DNA of 64,000 nt, taken from Podarcis tiliguerta. Its lineage: Eukaryota. Below are positions 51,800 through 64,000 of this stretch, piece by piece. The stretch lies in the NCBI GenBank assembly GCA_965153285.1, contig OZ229112.1. One strand, given 5' to 3'. The position numbers and the translations under genes were made by a program. The notes under the pieces are model-generated. The model was not told the DNA's origin, did no database searches, and was given only the letters and a program-made list of their open reading frames with translations. Position 1 is the stretch's first letter. Each line of letters starts with the position of its first letter.

Positions 51800-53239
51800 A
51801 CCTTATTATTATTATTAACAAGGGTATTGTCTGTGTATGGCAGTTTTATGATCAGTATACATTTAATTTCAGGCAGCATACTACAAAGTTGAAAAAGTGC
51901 CAGTATTTAGAAACAACAAAGAAGACACAACCTGGAAAGCCTTTCATTTATAAAGACTGTTCATTTTAAAGCACCATCTTTCATTTTCCCTAAATGCTTG
52001 TCGTCTGCCAAGTTTTTACTCAATGTTAAATTCAGCATTGCATCCTATAAACATTTTACAGCCATTGCACCTGGTTTTTATATGCTAGGAATGTCTGCAA
52101 GGAGTCTGCTTCTCTTGCACAGAAAAGACCTGTGCTACAAACCCACAGCCACAATTTCCTAAATAAAGGCAGAAAATCCTTATAGTTCTTTCTGCTTTAC
52201 AAGCTCAGTTTGCATTATAAATGCACAAGGCCTGCCAAAGGGAAACTAGTTTGTACCATCACAACTGTAAGCAACTGGTAATTTGAATGCCCTCAATCAG
52301 GAAACTATAGTGAAGCATTTCCAAAAAAAAAAAATGTTATGAAAAATAATTTCTGAAATTCATGTGCCAAAGTAGCACTTTCAGGTACGTAAAAAGCTAA
52401 GAACTTGATAAATGCTCAGCTCTGGCACCACTTTTCCAAAGGAAATTATATAACTCCCCTCCTATCACCACCACCAGCAGAGTAGAAACAGTTTTAATTA
52501 GAATCCAGAATGTTTTTAGACCCTTTCTTACAGAGTAATGGGATGACAGAAATCAATTCCTTTATCTTCCCTTTTTAATCAAAATTCAAGTCCCTTTTGC
52601 CATGCTTTTGATGTGGTTCTGCATAAGTGATTCATTGGAAGTAAAATGGCAAATCCTCTGCTTTCAGGAGAACATTGTAATTCATAAAGTAGGCAAGGAG
52701 TAATTTAAGTATTTAAAACTTTCGTTGGAATGTGCTTTTCTGTGAAGCCTTGGAGATTTGAGCACATGGAATTTGTATTTTTAGTCCAAGGATTATACCA
52801 TTTGAAACTTGACAATTAATTAAATGAATTGCTTACCCAATCAAGTATGGAGGCAGGGGTAACTTGCAATAGTAAAACATAATGAATAATGCAAGATGAT
52901 TACAAGTCAGCCAGTGATGCTCAGCAGGGTCAAATCAAATTTTAGGGATGTCTCTTAAAGTTGTAATGAGCCATAGTGTCCTAATGAGAAGTTTCACTGA
53001 ATCCTAACTAATCAAGCTGAAAACTTTTCAAGACTAAACCATGAAGGAAACTGTGTACAAAACAGATTTTATTTACCATGTTAAATAACCAACTGGTTAA
53101 CAAACTAGAAAATAAATCACAAAACTTAAACTAATTACTTGACTTTGAAAGAACACAACTGATAAAAGAGCTCTGAATCTGTTTTAAATCTTCCACTTAT
53201 ACTGCCTGTAAATCTCTGTCTTGTATGCGTTGTTTGCGC

Positions 53240-54005
53240 TGCAAAAATGGAACTGAATTTTATCTGTGTGAAAAAAGAATGTGCAAGAAGACGCAAGTTC
53301 CTGGAAGTGAAGACTGCCAAGGGGGAGATTAATAAAACTCAGTATGACAATGCTGAATGCTTCACCGATTATTGGTATAATGTGAAGACTCCTGGATGAA
53401 CAGCTGACAGAGTTAAGAGCTGAGATGCATAGAACTTTGAGAGAGATTGGATCAGAGATACTTCAGACTAAAGAATGCACAGGACCTGTGGGAAAAGATG
53501 TGGATTTACCTCTGCCTGAGCATGGGACAGCAGCAGGTGATGAGTTGGGAGTAGACTGTCTGGAGGACTGACACAGACAAAGGATGCTGTTGTGAGGCCA
53601 AAAGAAATAAATGGATTTAAGAGACAATTGGAGAAAGCAGGGATGAAGCTGAGAGAGAAAGGGAATGGTGCACAAACTGAAGTGAACACAGAAGAAAAAG
53701 TCCCTAAGCTCTTAGCGAATGGTTTGGAAAAAGAATGGAAAACATGGAAGAAGGATTTCCCCCTTTTTCTTTAAACCAGGGTGAAAAACTGCACACAAGA
53801 AATTTGACTGGAACCTATGGAACTGAGTATGATTTATCAAGGACACAACAAGCAAATAAGTATGGACTATTACACTATTAAGATTTGTTGGGACCCTTGG
53901 GGAGAAAATCATCATACTGGACCGGAGAAAGACTATTTTGGACACTTAATGATAATAATAGTTGAAGAGCTATTTTTGGACTTATTGAGTGGAAAGAGAC
54001 GAATT
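53240..54005 (+). mobile_element. Possible degraded LINE 5'/ORF1-like region
   Basis: Strong purine/GAA skew; broken frames with heptad-like LLDEQLTELRAEMHRTLREIGSEIL; no firm family match. Confidence 0.3.
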
Positions 54006-54010
54006 TGAGA

Positions 54011-54294
54011 TGTCCACAGACAGTTTTCTACATCAGGTGGCCAGCATGACTAAACCGCTTCTGGCGCAACAGAACACCATGACAGAAACCAGAGCGCACG
54101 GAAAAACTGTTTACCTTCCCGCCTCAGTGGGACCTATTTATCTACTTGCACTGGTATGCTTTCAAACTGCTAGGTTGGTAGAAGCTGGGACAGAGCAACA
54201 GGAGCTCACCCCATCGTGCAGATTTGAGCCATCGACCTTCCGATCAGCAAGTCCAAGAGGCTCAGTGGTTTAGACCACAGCACCACTCACTCCC
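54011..54294 (-). mobile_element. Sauria SINE, subfamily B, lacking the 3' tail
   Basis: Collinear with 31787 and 51422 from TGTCCACAGACAG to the head. Confidence 0.9.
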
Positions 54295-55748
54295 AATATG
54301 ATTTTATAATCTCTATAGTGAGTCAGGAGGGGATCACCAAGCCAAACCATGGCTGTTTAACTGGGACCAGTGGTGACATACTATATAAATTCCAGTGTTG
54401 TTGTAGATATAAAGTCTGCTTGCTGATTTAACTTTTTTTATTTGTGACCCATTCTGGGAACTGCTTGGTGGTTGATGAAAATGTATGAAACAAGTAATAA
54501 GTCAAACAATAACTTTTTAAAACATATTACATTCTGTTAGAGATTGTGCAAAATGGTATATTTTCTGCAAAAACAACAACTCACAAAACAGATACAAAGA
54601 AATACATATCAGAAGAAAGGTTTCAAATATACTGACTGGTCAAGACCAGGAAAGTGAATACTAAAGAAAAACAGTCAACTGGCAAAGGAAAGGCTAATGG
54701 AGATAAAAGAGGCATAGTAAACAATTTTTACAGCATTAAATGCAAATTCAAGCAACTGTTCTCAGATATAACATTCTAAGGATGTTCTAAACAGCATGTC
54801 AAATGAAAGAGAAAAAAGTAAACTACATTCAGATTCAGGCTCTGTATATTAGTGAAGCTGCAGAATATACTCAGAAATGCACAAAAAAGTTGCAGGACTT
54901 TTAATACCATGCAGATTTACTGTAGAAAGGTCTACATCTCCCCAAAGTCTTGCTTAAAACTCCACACATTCACCAGCCAGTCCTGACAATAAATCAGGGT
55001 TTCTTTTTGTAATACCTATAAAACTATGTAAGAGATCACAGACTGACTCCACTTAGTAAAAAAGAGTTCAGAAGCAAGAATAATTAGATGGAAGATCTTG
55101 AGCAATAGCTCGTTAGTGCAGGTTCATTTCCTTGTCACATTTTCAAGTTGAGAAAGAAGAAAGCAGGGATATTTCCTCATTTGTTCATAAAGCTGCAATT
55201 TGCTTTTGGAATACAGAGTTGCCAGGGCCAGTATGACAAGGCATTTAAAAAAAGCAGCCACTTGTTTTCTTCTGGTCTAGGTACCTGCAATCCAACAAAC
55301 TACCCTAACAGAACAATGACCTGTTATTCATGCGGAGTGTGTCAATTGTTTGAGCTCCCTATCGAATTTCTAAGCCAGAGCAATTATGTGGAATTGGGGC
55401 TTCGATAGTTTGACAGCTTTTAGAAAACACCTTGTTAAGGGAAGAGATCCCACTGTGAAGAAGTCAAAAGAGGCCCTCTGGGATAGTAATCTGATCCTTT
55501 AAAGGTACTAAGGACAGAACTTTTATTTTATTTTATAAATTGTCACTCACAGCTACAGCTGGAGAAAATTAGGAGAAATGATAACTGATGCCTGAGAAAG
55601 GAGCTACTCTTGTATCCCTGTAAGAATGCCAAAACACTAACATTATGGTCAGTCATTATTTGCTAATGAAAGGTTGGAGAAGGCCTTCTGTCTCCTTTCA
55701 GAATATGTTGCCAGTTTCTAATCGGATCATACAAACATGTGCAACTAT

Positions 55749-55998
55749 GTGCTCATCCACACTTGCCTTTCTAGGCACAGGTCTGTCCTTTAAAGCTGTG
55801 TGTGTGTGTGTGTGTATATATGTGTGTGTTTGGGGGAGATTTCTCCTGCTCCGTACCACTGAATCAAAACCAACAGCAATTTGATTCAGTGTTAAAGAGC
55901 GAGTTTTCATGAGGCAAATAAAAAGTACTCAGACATGGTGCTTTAAAGCATGGACCTGTGCCTAGAAAGGCAGCACAAAAGGAAGTCTGGATGAGCCC
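55749..55998. mobile_element. MITE with long imperfect TIRs (GGGCTCATCC-type ends)
   Basis: Perfect 20-bp inverted core TGCCTTTCTAGGCACAGGTC / GACCTGTGCCTAGAAAGGCA, extendable to about 48 bp; (TG)n inside. Confidence 0.75.
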
Positions 55999-57496
55999 CG
56001 AGTCAATCTCTTCAAAGGCCACATAATACGTCAAAGTCAAAGTATAGGCTTTATTGCAGTTCTATGCCTAAGTAACAAAGAAAGATCACATAAAATATGT
56101 CCTTAAGACAACTGAGCTACCTTTCAAACATTTTTCAAAATGATGAAAAGTCAGAATGATCCCCCAAATTAATCAGACCGATGTACTTTGAAAGACAAAA
56201 AGCACACAAATAAGTATTTTATCCTTTCTAATGCTTAGATTCTAACACCCGTTCTTCAGAACTGCTTAATTTTTATTTATTTTTTTAAAAAGGAAACTTA
56301 TTTCAGTTTTAGGAGAAAAATTGCATAGGCGTGTCCTTCATAAGTCAAGCTTTGTTGATATCCCTTTTTGTAGTTCAAATATCAGCCTGATTCATTTTTC
56401 TTTAGAGAAAACCCAGTCTTTGAAATGATAATACTTATGATTTATCTGGATAGTTTTGTATGGCTCAGGTAGCTTAAGGGATTGACATTAAGATATTGAA
56501 CGTTTCTTTTTGGGCCCTTTATTTTGGCTCTGACACAGGCTGTGAATTGCTGTTATAACACTGACTATTCAGGCAGGTGTGTATAAACCCGGTTGGCAAC
56601 ACCAGAGGACTGTGAAATTGGTTTGGCAATTGGACAGAGAGAGCCTTAAGTGATAAAAACTTCCCTTGATTGCCATCTCAAAGGGCTTCACAACCTAATG
56701 GGCACAGAAGAATCCAGAATATCCACACAACTTCCTAATTTCTCCGTGTCCCCCTCCCCGCCACATAAACTTTAAAGTGGGAGTTATTTAGCTATTATAT
56801 ACGCTGTACATTCTGAGACAGAGAGATTTGAAAAGCAAGCCTGGTAATTTAGCAGCTCTGAAAGGCAATCCAAATGTAATATGTTTTGATTGTACCAAAA
56901 AGATAAAACATACTTGAAAAGTAAAATTGATACACAAGTATACTTTACAAGCACAGAAACATACAGCAGGGTCGGTATGACCTGGCATAAGAGTGTTAAA
57001 ACCATGGCGTTAAGGGCTATCAGCATGGGCGGACAAGGACTGTCATATCTCACAAGATATTGTCGCAGACAGGTAATGCAGTAGCCCTTCAAAAGGTAGT
57101 CTGTGACAGCAACTCTTAAGACACTTTTCTTCTAAAACTGCAATAGTTATTAATCAGTGAAACAGACGGCTTTCCAAAATGCTTACCAATGATATGACTG
57201 GTTGTAACTTCAAAACCTCCAAAGTATCCAACAAATTAGTGGCTACCTACTACCTTTCTATTAAGATATTTTAGAAAGGTTTTAGAGGAGCAAATTGCAT
57301 ATTGTGAACAAATAAGATAAGTATTCATTTTATCAAATTGTGAAGTAGAGAATCTGGAGAACTGGAAACAGTTTCTCTGAACCATAAATTATTCCATCTT
57401 CTCTTAAAGTGCATTCCAGAGCTTTTCCTTTACAAGTTTTAGCCAAGAAAGAGCCTTGTTGACAGCTTGCTGTTAGAGAGAAGAGAGCTTAACAGC

Positions 57497-57662
57497 AAGC
57501 CTGGGTTCACACGGCATGTTAAGCCAAACCGTAGCCTAGGCCAGTGTGGCATGGGAGCAAGAGAGACTGTGGAGCAGCACAGTAGCCGTGAACTCCTCTC
57601 CTCAACATTCAAATGGTCCCAATAAACCACAGTTTGGCTTACTAAGATGTGAGAACAAGGCC
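57497..57662. repeat. Degenerate MITE-like repeat (AAGCCAAACC family)
   Basis: Inverted GTTCACAC...TAAGCCAAAC / GTTTGGCTTA...GTGAGAAC; related relics at about 27400-27745 and 34050-34330. Confidence 0.5.
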
Positions 57663-57752
57663 AGAGGATTCAGGGCAGCACTGCAAGTTAATCACCAAAG
57701 AAACCCAAAAGGGCTGAGCCTAGGATTCCAACTCAGCGGATTTTTCTAAATA

Positions 57753-57994
57753 CAGTGGTACCTCAGGTTAAGTACTTAATTCGTTCCGGAGGTCCGTTCT
57801 TAACCTGAAACTGTTCTTAACCTGAAGCACCACTTTAGCTAATGGGGCCTCCTGCTGCCGCCGCCCTGCCGGAGCACGATTTCTGTTCTCATCCTGAAGC
57901 AAAGTTCTTAACCCGAGGTAATATTTCTGGGTTAGCGGAGTCTGTAACCTGAAGCATATGTAACCTGAAGCGTATGTAACCCAAGGTACCACTG
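57753..57994. mobile_element. Tc1/mariner-pogo MITE, TAACCTGA family
   Basis: TA TSD; CAGTGGTACCT TIR. Confidence 0.95.
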
Positions 57995-58133
57995 TATGTG
58001 TCTTGTACCACTGTATGTGTGTTGTAAGCTACATTGAGTTGTTTCTTTAAGTTGCAAAGGAATAAAAATACATTTAATGTGCAAAACAGCTCATCTTCAT
58101 CCCAATGATCTTGCCTGAATTATTTCATTGCAG

Positions 58134-58292
58134 CAGGGGTGCTAGCCCCTTGGGGCCTTTGGGCCCCCCAAATATTTTGGGGGTGGGGCACCCCCATGTG
58201 CAAAATGTGCAGAGGTGAAGTTCGGAAGCAAAGCATGGAACCGAGCCCAGCATAGCTCCAATGCCCGACTCTTTCTCCTCCTGGCACCTCTG
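58134..58292. mobile_element. Old hAT-like MITE
   Basis: TIR CAGGGGTGCTA / TGGCACCTCTG; flanks CATTGCAG / TTTTGAAG (5/8). Confidence 0.55.
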
Positions 58293-59988
58293 TTTTGAAG
58301 TGTGAGATATCTAAGATGCGGAGGACGTGGGCCGCAGCCTCATCTCATGACAACTAATGGCAAAACTGACACCATTTCACATAGGAGTGGGTGCTGTCTT
58401 TCTGAAGTTTCATAACACAGTAAGGGAGTTTGAATGAGTGAAGGGGGTCACCCTGTGACCCTCCTGCAACACTCCTCCTGCATGCTTAGCAGCTGTATTG
58501 ATTTAGAGCTGTGCACATGTGTATGCAAAGCATCTCTGTGGGACAGGGGATCCTGTCTGGCCCAGGATCCCACTGCATGAAGCAGCTTTATGCCCATATG
58601 TTCACATGGCTGCCAATGTGTGGCTAATAATTGCAATGGCAAAAAGCGCCATACAGTATGACCCCCTCACCCCTTCTTCATTTCCAGTATTAAAGGACAC
58701 AAAAATCAAGATGCAGCGTTGCACAAAAATAGTTTTTAAAATCCTGCCACATCCAAAGACAACAAAACTAACTAATGGGTATCCACGAGATATGCTGAAT
58801 TGACTTTATCAAAGACTCCACTTTGATGTTATTTAATTTTCTTTAAAGTATATAAGTAAGCAGGACTGAGCCCTTAATTTGCTCCAGCTAACACTCAGAA
58901 GCTTCCATACATTCTATTGAAGTGTCACACTATTGTGAGACTGCTAAACTTTGCCGTATGAAATCTCAATTTGTAATTGAGTTACGCTTCCAGGAAATTT
59001 TACATACATTATATATACATTAGAAACAGGAGCTCAACCCAATCCTCTGGTGTTAGCATTCAAATTAGACAAATGCATGAATATTTAAACCTGAGGGGAC
59101 AACATCTATTAATTAGAATATATGCAGTAATACTTATTGCAGCTTAAGAATCTTACTGTCCCACAATCCTGATTTAGCCACAGCTTTCAGAGCTCTGTTG
59201 TGTAGAGGGGGGGGGGGGAGACTTCAAGTAGTAAGCAGCTGGAAGTGTGTTGCATTGCACATTGTGCTGAGCTCCTAAGGTTACCTGGGGATGACGGGAG
59301 TTGTAGTCCGAAACACCTGGGACATATTACTTTAAATGCTGGTGTTGTTCTTCTCCCCTCCTGCTCTAAATATCCCTCTTCAAATTATCAATGCTAAATG
59401 TTTTATGGCCAGCTAGTTCTTTTCATACTCTCAAATGAGAGAAGGAGAGAGAGAGAGACAAGAAGGGAGGGAGATAGCAAATAACAGAAAGACAGTTCAA
59501 GGAAAGGAGACCCTGCAGAGTACAGTTTTTAACAAAAGTTTGTTTGGGGGAGCAGGATAGAGGGCAGTTTTGAAACTTGTGGTTCTTTAAAATGGTGGTT
59601 AACCCCCTGCTTCCTCTTTCGAAGGCATGTCAGTCCTTTCTCTATTGCTCATGTCACTGATCTTGGCAGGCTCCTTGTGTGCAAATAGCTTTAGAAGAGG
59701 AGCATGTAAACAAACAGATTTATTATCCTTACAAACCGAAATGGGAGGAACAGTGAAATGGCAAATCTCAGCAGAGGAGAAGACTCAGCAGGCAGGAGAC
59801 CAGACAGTTTAGGCTGTAAACTATGTTTACTCAGAAGAAGGAAATCCAATTTACTTCAGTGGAGCTTACTTCTGTCTGTGTGAGCCTATGACAGATTGCC
59901 AGCTCTTCCATGATTGGAAGGAGCACTTCAGTTTGCGGAAGGACTACTCGGATTCCTGATCTTTATGTTATAGCATTTACAGTTTATT

Positions 59989-60115
59989 GTGGGGATGGGT
60001 AATCTGTGGACCCTCCAGATGTTGCCACACTAACTATCATGATCCCTGACCATTGGCTATGCTAGCTGGAGGTGAAGCCCAATAACATCTGGAGGGCCAC
60101 AGGTTAGCCACACTG
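59989..60115. mobile_element. Palindromic hAT MITE, degenerate
   Basis: CCCTCCAGATGTT / AACATCTGGAGGG inverted arms; same family at about 62485-62603. Confidence 0.7.
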
Positions 60116-60254
60116 ATCTGATGGCACGATATCAAAGAAAAAACAGCAATTCCCATGAAGGCTGGAAGTATCACTGAGGAAAGGCCACAGAACATATGGT
60201 TCCTACTTGGACATAGGGAGAGGATCCCATATGAAAACAGGGGAAAGAGTAGTA

Positions 60255-60480
60255 CAGTGGTACTTCTGGTTATGAACTTAATTCGTTCCGGAGGTCAGTT
60301 CTTAACCTGAAAATGTTCTTAACCTGAGGTACCACTTTAGCTAATGGGGCCTTCCACTGCCACCATGCCGCCACCGCACAATTTCTGTTCTCATCCTGAA
60401 GCAAAGTTCTTAACCCGAGGTAATATTTCTGGGTTAGTGGAGTCTGTAACCTGAAGCGTTTGTAGCCCGAAGTACCACTG
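60255..60480. mobile_element. Tc1/mariner-pogo MITE, TAACCTGA family
   Basis: TA TSD; TIR CAGTGGTACTTC / GAAGTACCACTG. Confidence 0.94.
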
Positions 60481-62824
60481 TAATGGAAAGAATATGGCTG
60501 AAAGCAACATTTTCAACTTCCCTCCCAGAAAATTTTTTGTGGTTGTTTTAAAAAAGGGGGCTGTTGCTTCCTTCATTGCTTATTCTTTATTTGAAACTAT
60601 ACCAGCTGATTCTCCTATTATCATCTTTGTAGCATATTTATACCTGGATTTTGAGCATTTTGCTATTTGCTAATGTCCACTAAATAATCAATCCGGGTTG
60701 TATCTAAACAAACACTGACAAAGGAGGGTTACTAAAATAACACGTGGTTGGGTTACCGTTGTAATTTAAAAACCTACAATGCATAGCTCAAGATATATAT
60801 TTTTTTAAAAAGGCTAAGCGTCTTACATCTTTGCATAAACTGTTGTAACGTAGTACCCAAATTTAGAGATCTGGATTAATGACCATTAATAACTGCAATT
60901 CATCTTAGTGATAATGATTTTTTTGTCACTACTGCTTTTAGAATGTTTTTACAAGTTTGCCACATCAGCTAAGGGTGGAGATTTAGACCACAGGGTGATG
61001 TAAAGGACAACAGGATTCCAGTACCTTTAATGTGAGTGAAGAGGAGGAATTTGGGTACATGCAACTTGTCTAATTCTTGGGTAACATGCCAAAATTTCCT
61101 TTCGGAATCTTGCACTGAAAGCACAGGAGGTCTCTTCTCTTGTCTCCACACTGCCTCCCTGTTAAGACCTTGTGTCTAATCTCATTGGCTGGCTCCGAGC
61201 ACAGCAAAAATCTATATACCCCCACCCCCCAAACATTGTTAGCAACAACTGAACTGGAACAGAAGCCTGTGGGCAAGGAGGCTATGCGGGTGGGGGGGGG
61301 GGGAGGCAAGTGGGGGACTGAATTTCACACACAGAATTGAATTTATCAGCTAGATCTTGGGTTGTAAGTCTCAGTTTCCTCTCTGTCCACTTAAACTACA
61401 AGGGACAAATGGCAACTCTAAAAAAAGGCATCTGTCAATTATTCTTCATTTCTCAATGAAGCCCAGGTGTTCGATGAAAGCCTGATCTTTTCAACAATTG
61501 CTGACTGGCATCCTTTCCAGTGAAAGCACACCTGGAAAGGTTTTCTCTTAACCCTAGAACACTTGGATGGAAATATACAGCCTCAACAAGACTTAATTTC
61601 AAGTGTAATTGCTATGGAAACAGTATGGGTGGTGAAAAGCAAAAAGGGGTTAGGAAAGAACAGTTGTTAAAAATAAAGACAAAGTTTTAAACACTTTGAA
61701 GGCATATCATTTAGACAAATGGGTGGGGGTTGTTTTGGTTTTAGTTTCAGTTAATGATGTGTCTACACAACATGACATTTATTCAGCCGTTTAAAATGTG
61801 TTATTCCAGCTCTCAAATGCTCTTCCCTTAGATTTTCCACACTTGAATTTATTCATTTGTTGTATCATTCTTTGCATATCAAAACGCAATTTTCATCCAT
61901 CAAAACACATAATAGAAAGATTGCTTTAAGGCCAGCACCCCCTTTAATGTAATTTAATTCCATTACCCGGTTTGTTCAAAGCATTTTGTTTCAGAATAGT
62001 GAGTAATGAAAAGCACTTCAGTCCATCTTGTCACTGAATTTTATTACTGCTTTCAATCCAGATCTTTGTCACTAGAAAAGAATAAGTTTGCAGCTAAACT
62101 TTGAAAGATGTGTCCTTCATATTAAAAAATTATATTAACGCAAGCTTTTAGAGTCTGTCATCCTTTCCACTAAAATGTTATTAATCTGAATGAATAGTTT
62201 GACCAGCAGAAATCCAGACTGAGTTACTGACCTACTGAAATCAATGGAACTTAATTTAGTCTCCTTGATTTAAACATGCGTGCTCTAAATATGACTAACT
62301 CTGGTTACAACTCAGTGTCTGGATGCAACCCAGGCGTATGTTGTTTTTTGTTCTGCTTTTTTGCTTGGGGGGGGGATAAGTAGTGCCTATTTTGTCAGAC
62401 ATTCTCTGGCATGGTTGGCAGAGAAATATAGCTGGACGCGCACACATACACACACATGTGTATAATGGCCATAATATGCTAGAGAGGAATGGGAAACCTA
62501 TGACTCTCCTGATGTACCTGGACTACAACTCCCATCATCGCCCAGTATTGGCCATGTTTGCTGGGACTGTTGAGAGTTAAGCTCTGGAGGTTCCCCATCC
62601 CTGTGACATGTCTATGCACTGTTCAAATGTATGATAAATATAATAGAGGACTATTCCAGACATCTTCGCTTTTGACTTTAAGGTGCCTCTTAAAGACTGT
62701 TTTATGCCGATGGGCCTATGCAGTTGTTTATTTTTTTCTTGAGAAGCCAGCCATTTTAATGATTGCTCTGTATGGCTTGTAATGATTTTAAAAATACCTT
62801 TATACTGCTGTGTACCACTCTGAT

Positions 62825-63163
62825 TGTGGGTTAAACCACAGAGCCTAGGACTTGCCGATCAGAAGGTCGGCGGTTCGAATCCCCGCGACGGAGTGAGCTC
62901 CCGTTGCTCGGTCCCTGCTCCTGCCAACCTAGCAGTTTGAAAGCACATCAAAGTGCAAGTAGATAAATAGGTACCGCTCCGGTGGGAAGGTAAACGGTGT
63001 TTCCGTGCGCTGCTCTGGTTCGCCAGAAGCGGCTTAGTCATGCTAGCCACATGACCCAGAAGCTGTACGCCGGCTCCCTTGGCCAATAAAGCAAGATGAG
63101 CGCCGCAACCCCAGAGTCGGTCACGACTGGACCTAATGGTCAGGGGTCCCTTTACCTTTACCT
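62825..63163 (+). mobile_element. Sauria SINE, subfamily A, young, slightly 5'-truncated, probably nested in an old L2 tail
   Basis: CpG-rich and close to the in-window consensus; TSD TACCACTCTGAT / TACCACTCTAAT. Confidence 0.96.
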
Positions 63164-64000
63164 TACCACTCTAATAGTTGATTCAACGGTAGGCTATAAA
63201 TACATTTATAAATAAATTATAAAATAACACTTCATGCATGAGTTTAATCAATGAAGTGCACAAAAATCAGCATCTTTAAGGTGTCAAGGCAACTTCGTAG
63301 TTTTCCGTTAACTATCTAGCACAACTGCTCATTTGGATTTTGACCAGAAGCACCAACCTACTGCAACTTCCATCAACCAAAGCCAGCATGGCTAGTGGCG
63401 ATGAATGTTCTAGTTCAACAACATTTGGAAGGTGACGTCCATCATGCCCACATTATAGAACCAAGGTAAATGTTCAATAAACACCAAACTCAGAGCCTGC
63501 AGCCTTTATGTAAAATGGACCAGTTTTTTTTAAAAAAAAATCTTATCACATCTATTCAGTTATGTTCCCAAATGTACTAGTTTCCAAACAATGAAATGTC
63601 CTACAGGACCCCCTTACTTTTTTCACTCTTAAGCAACGCAGTCTGGTACTTTCAGATTTGGGTTGCAATCTTATACACAGTCATTTAGGATTAAGCCTCA
63701 TTTAACACAGTGGGAATTATTTCAAAGTTGACATGTGTAAGATTGTGCCATTGGTTAGCCATGAAATTTAGATAAAATTGAAGCAAAACCAAGAGAAAAG
63801 AAATCAAGAACCCTATCCTAAATCACCATGAAAATCATTTGATGGAAATTATTATTTTTTAATTACGCAAAAACATAAAATTATTGTTTGTTTCTTTAAT
63901 GCTTAATATAAATTTGATAGTTGGAATTCAGTCCATAGTCAGCCTCCTAACAACCAATTCTAAGGGTAATTTGTTATCTAATAATAATAAAGTGGTGGTG

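Noticed and set aside
17857-60480. All four TAACCTGA MITEs in the same orientation
   Set aside because: Probability 1/8 by chance; not informative.
2369-63086. Recurrent peptide PGHVASMTKPLLA in several ORFs as a gene family
   Set aside because: It is the translation of the antisense strand of Sauria SINE copies.

Overview
Eukaryotic, AT-rich, non-coding vertebrate DNA. The repeat content (nine Sauria/Squam1 SINEs, Squam3-type tRNA SINEs, Bov-B, CR1, L2 and L1-like LINE fragments, many hAT and Tc1/mariner-pogo MITEs, a solo LTR) points to a squamate, most likely a lacertid lizard. I found no recognisable host protein-coding exon or RNA gene. The ORF track is explained by transposon fragments and chance ORFs, so the window is probably a large intron or intergenic region. 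The most interesting signals are mechanistic scars of retrotransposition and repair. (1) A Bov-B insertion whose 5' end is a perfect 67-bp inverted copy of genomic DNA about 600 bp upstream, inside the TSD. (2) A shared (G/A)TG^TA target motif across independent Bov-B and Sauria SINE insertions. (3) A templated hairpin/tandem expansion inside a SINE B box. (4) A solo LTR with an array of phased CCAAT boxes. (5) Related TA-MITE families that share a scaffold but each carry a different iterated motif. No new multi-gene system is supported by the sequence. Family names come from recalled consensus sequences, not from a database search.
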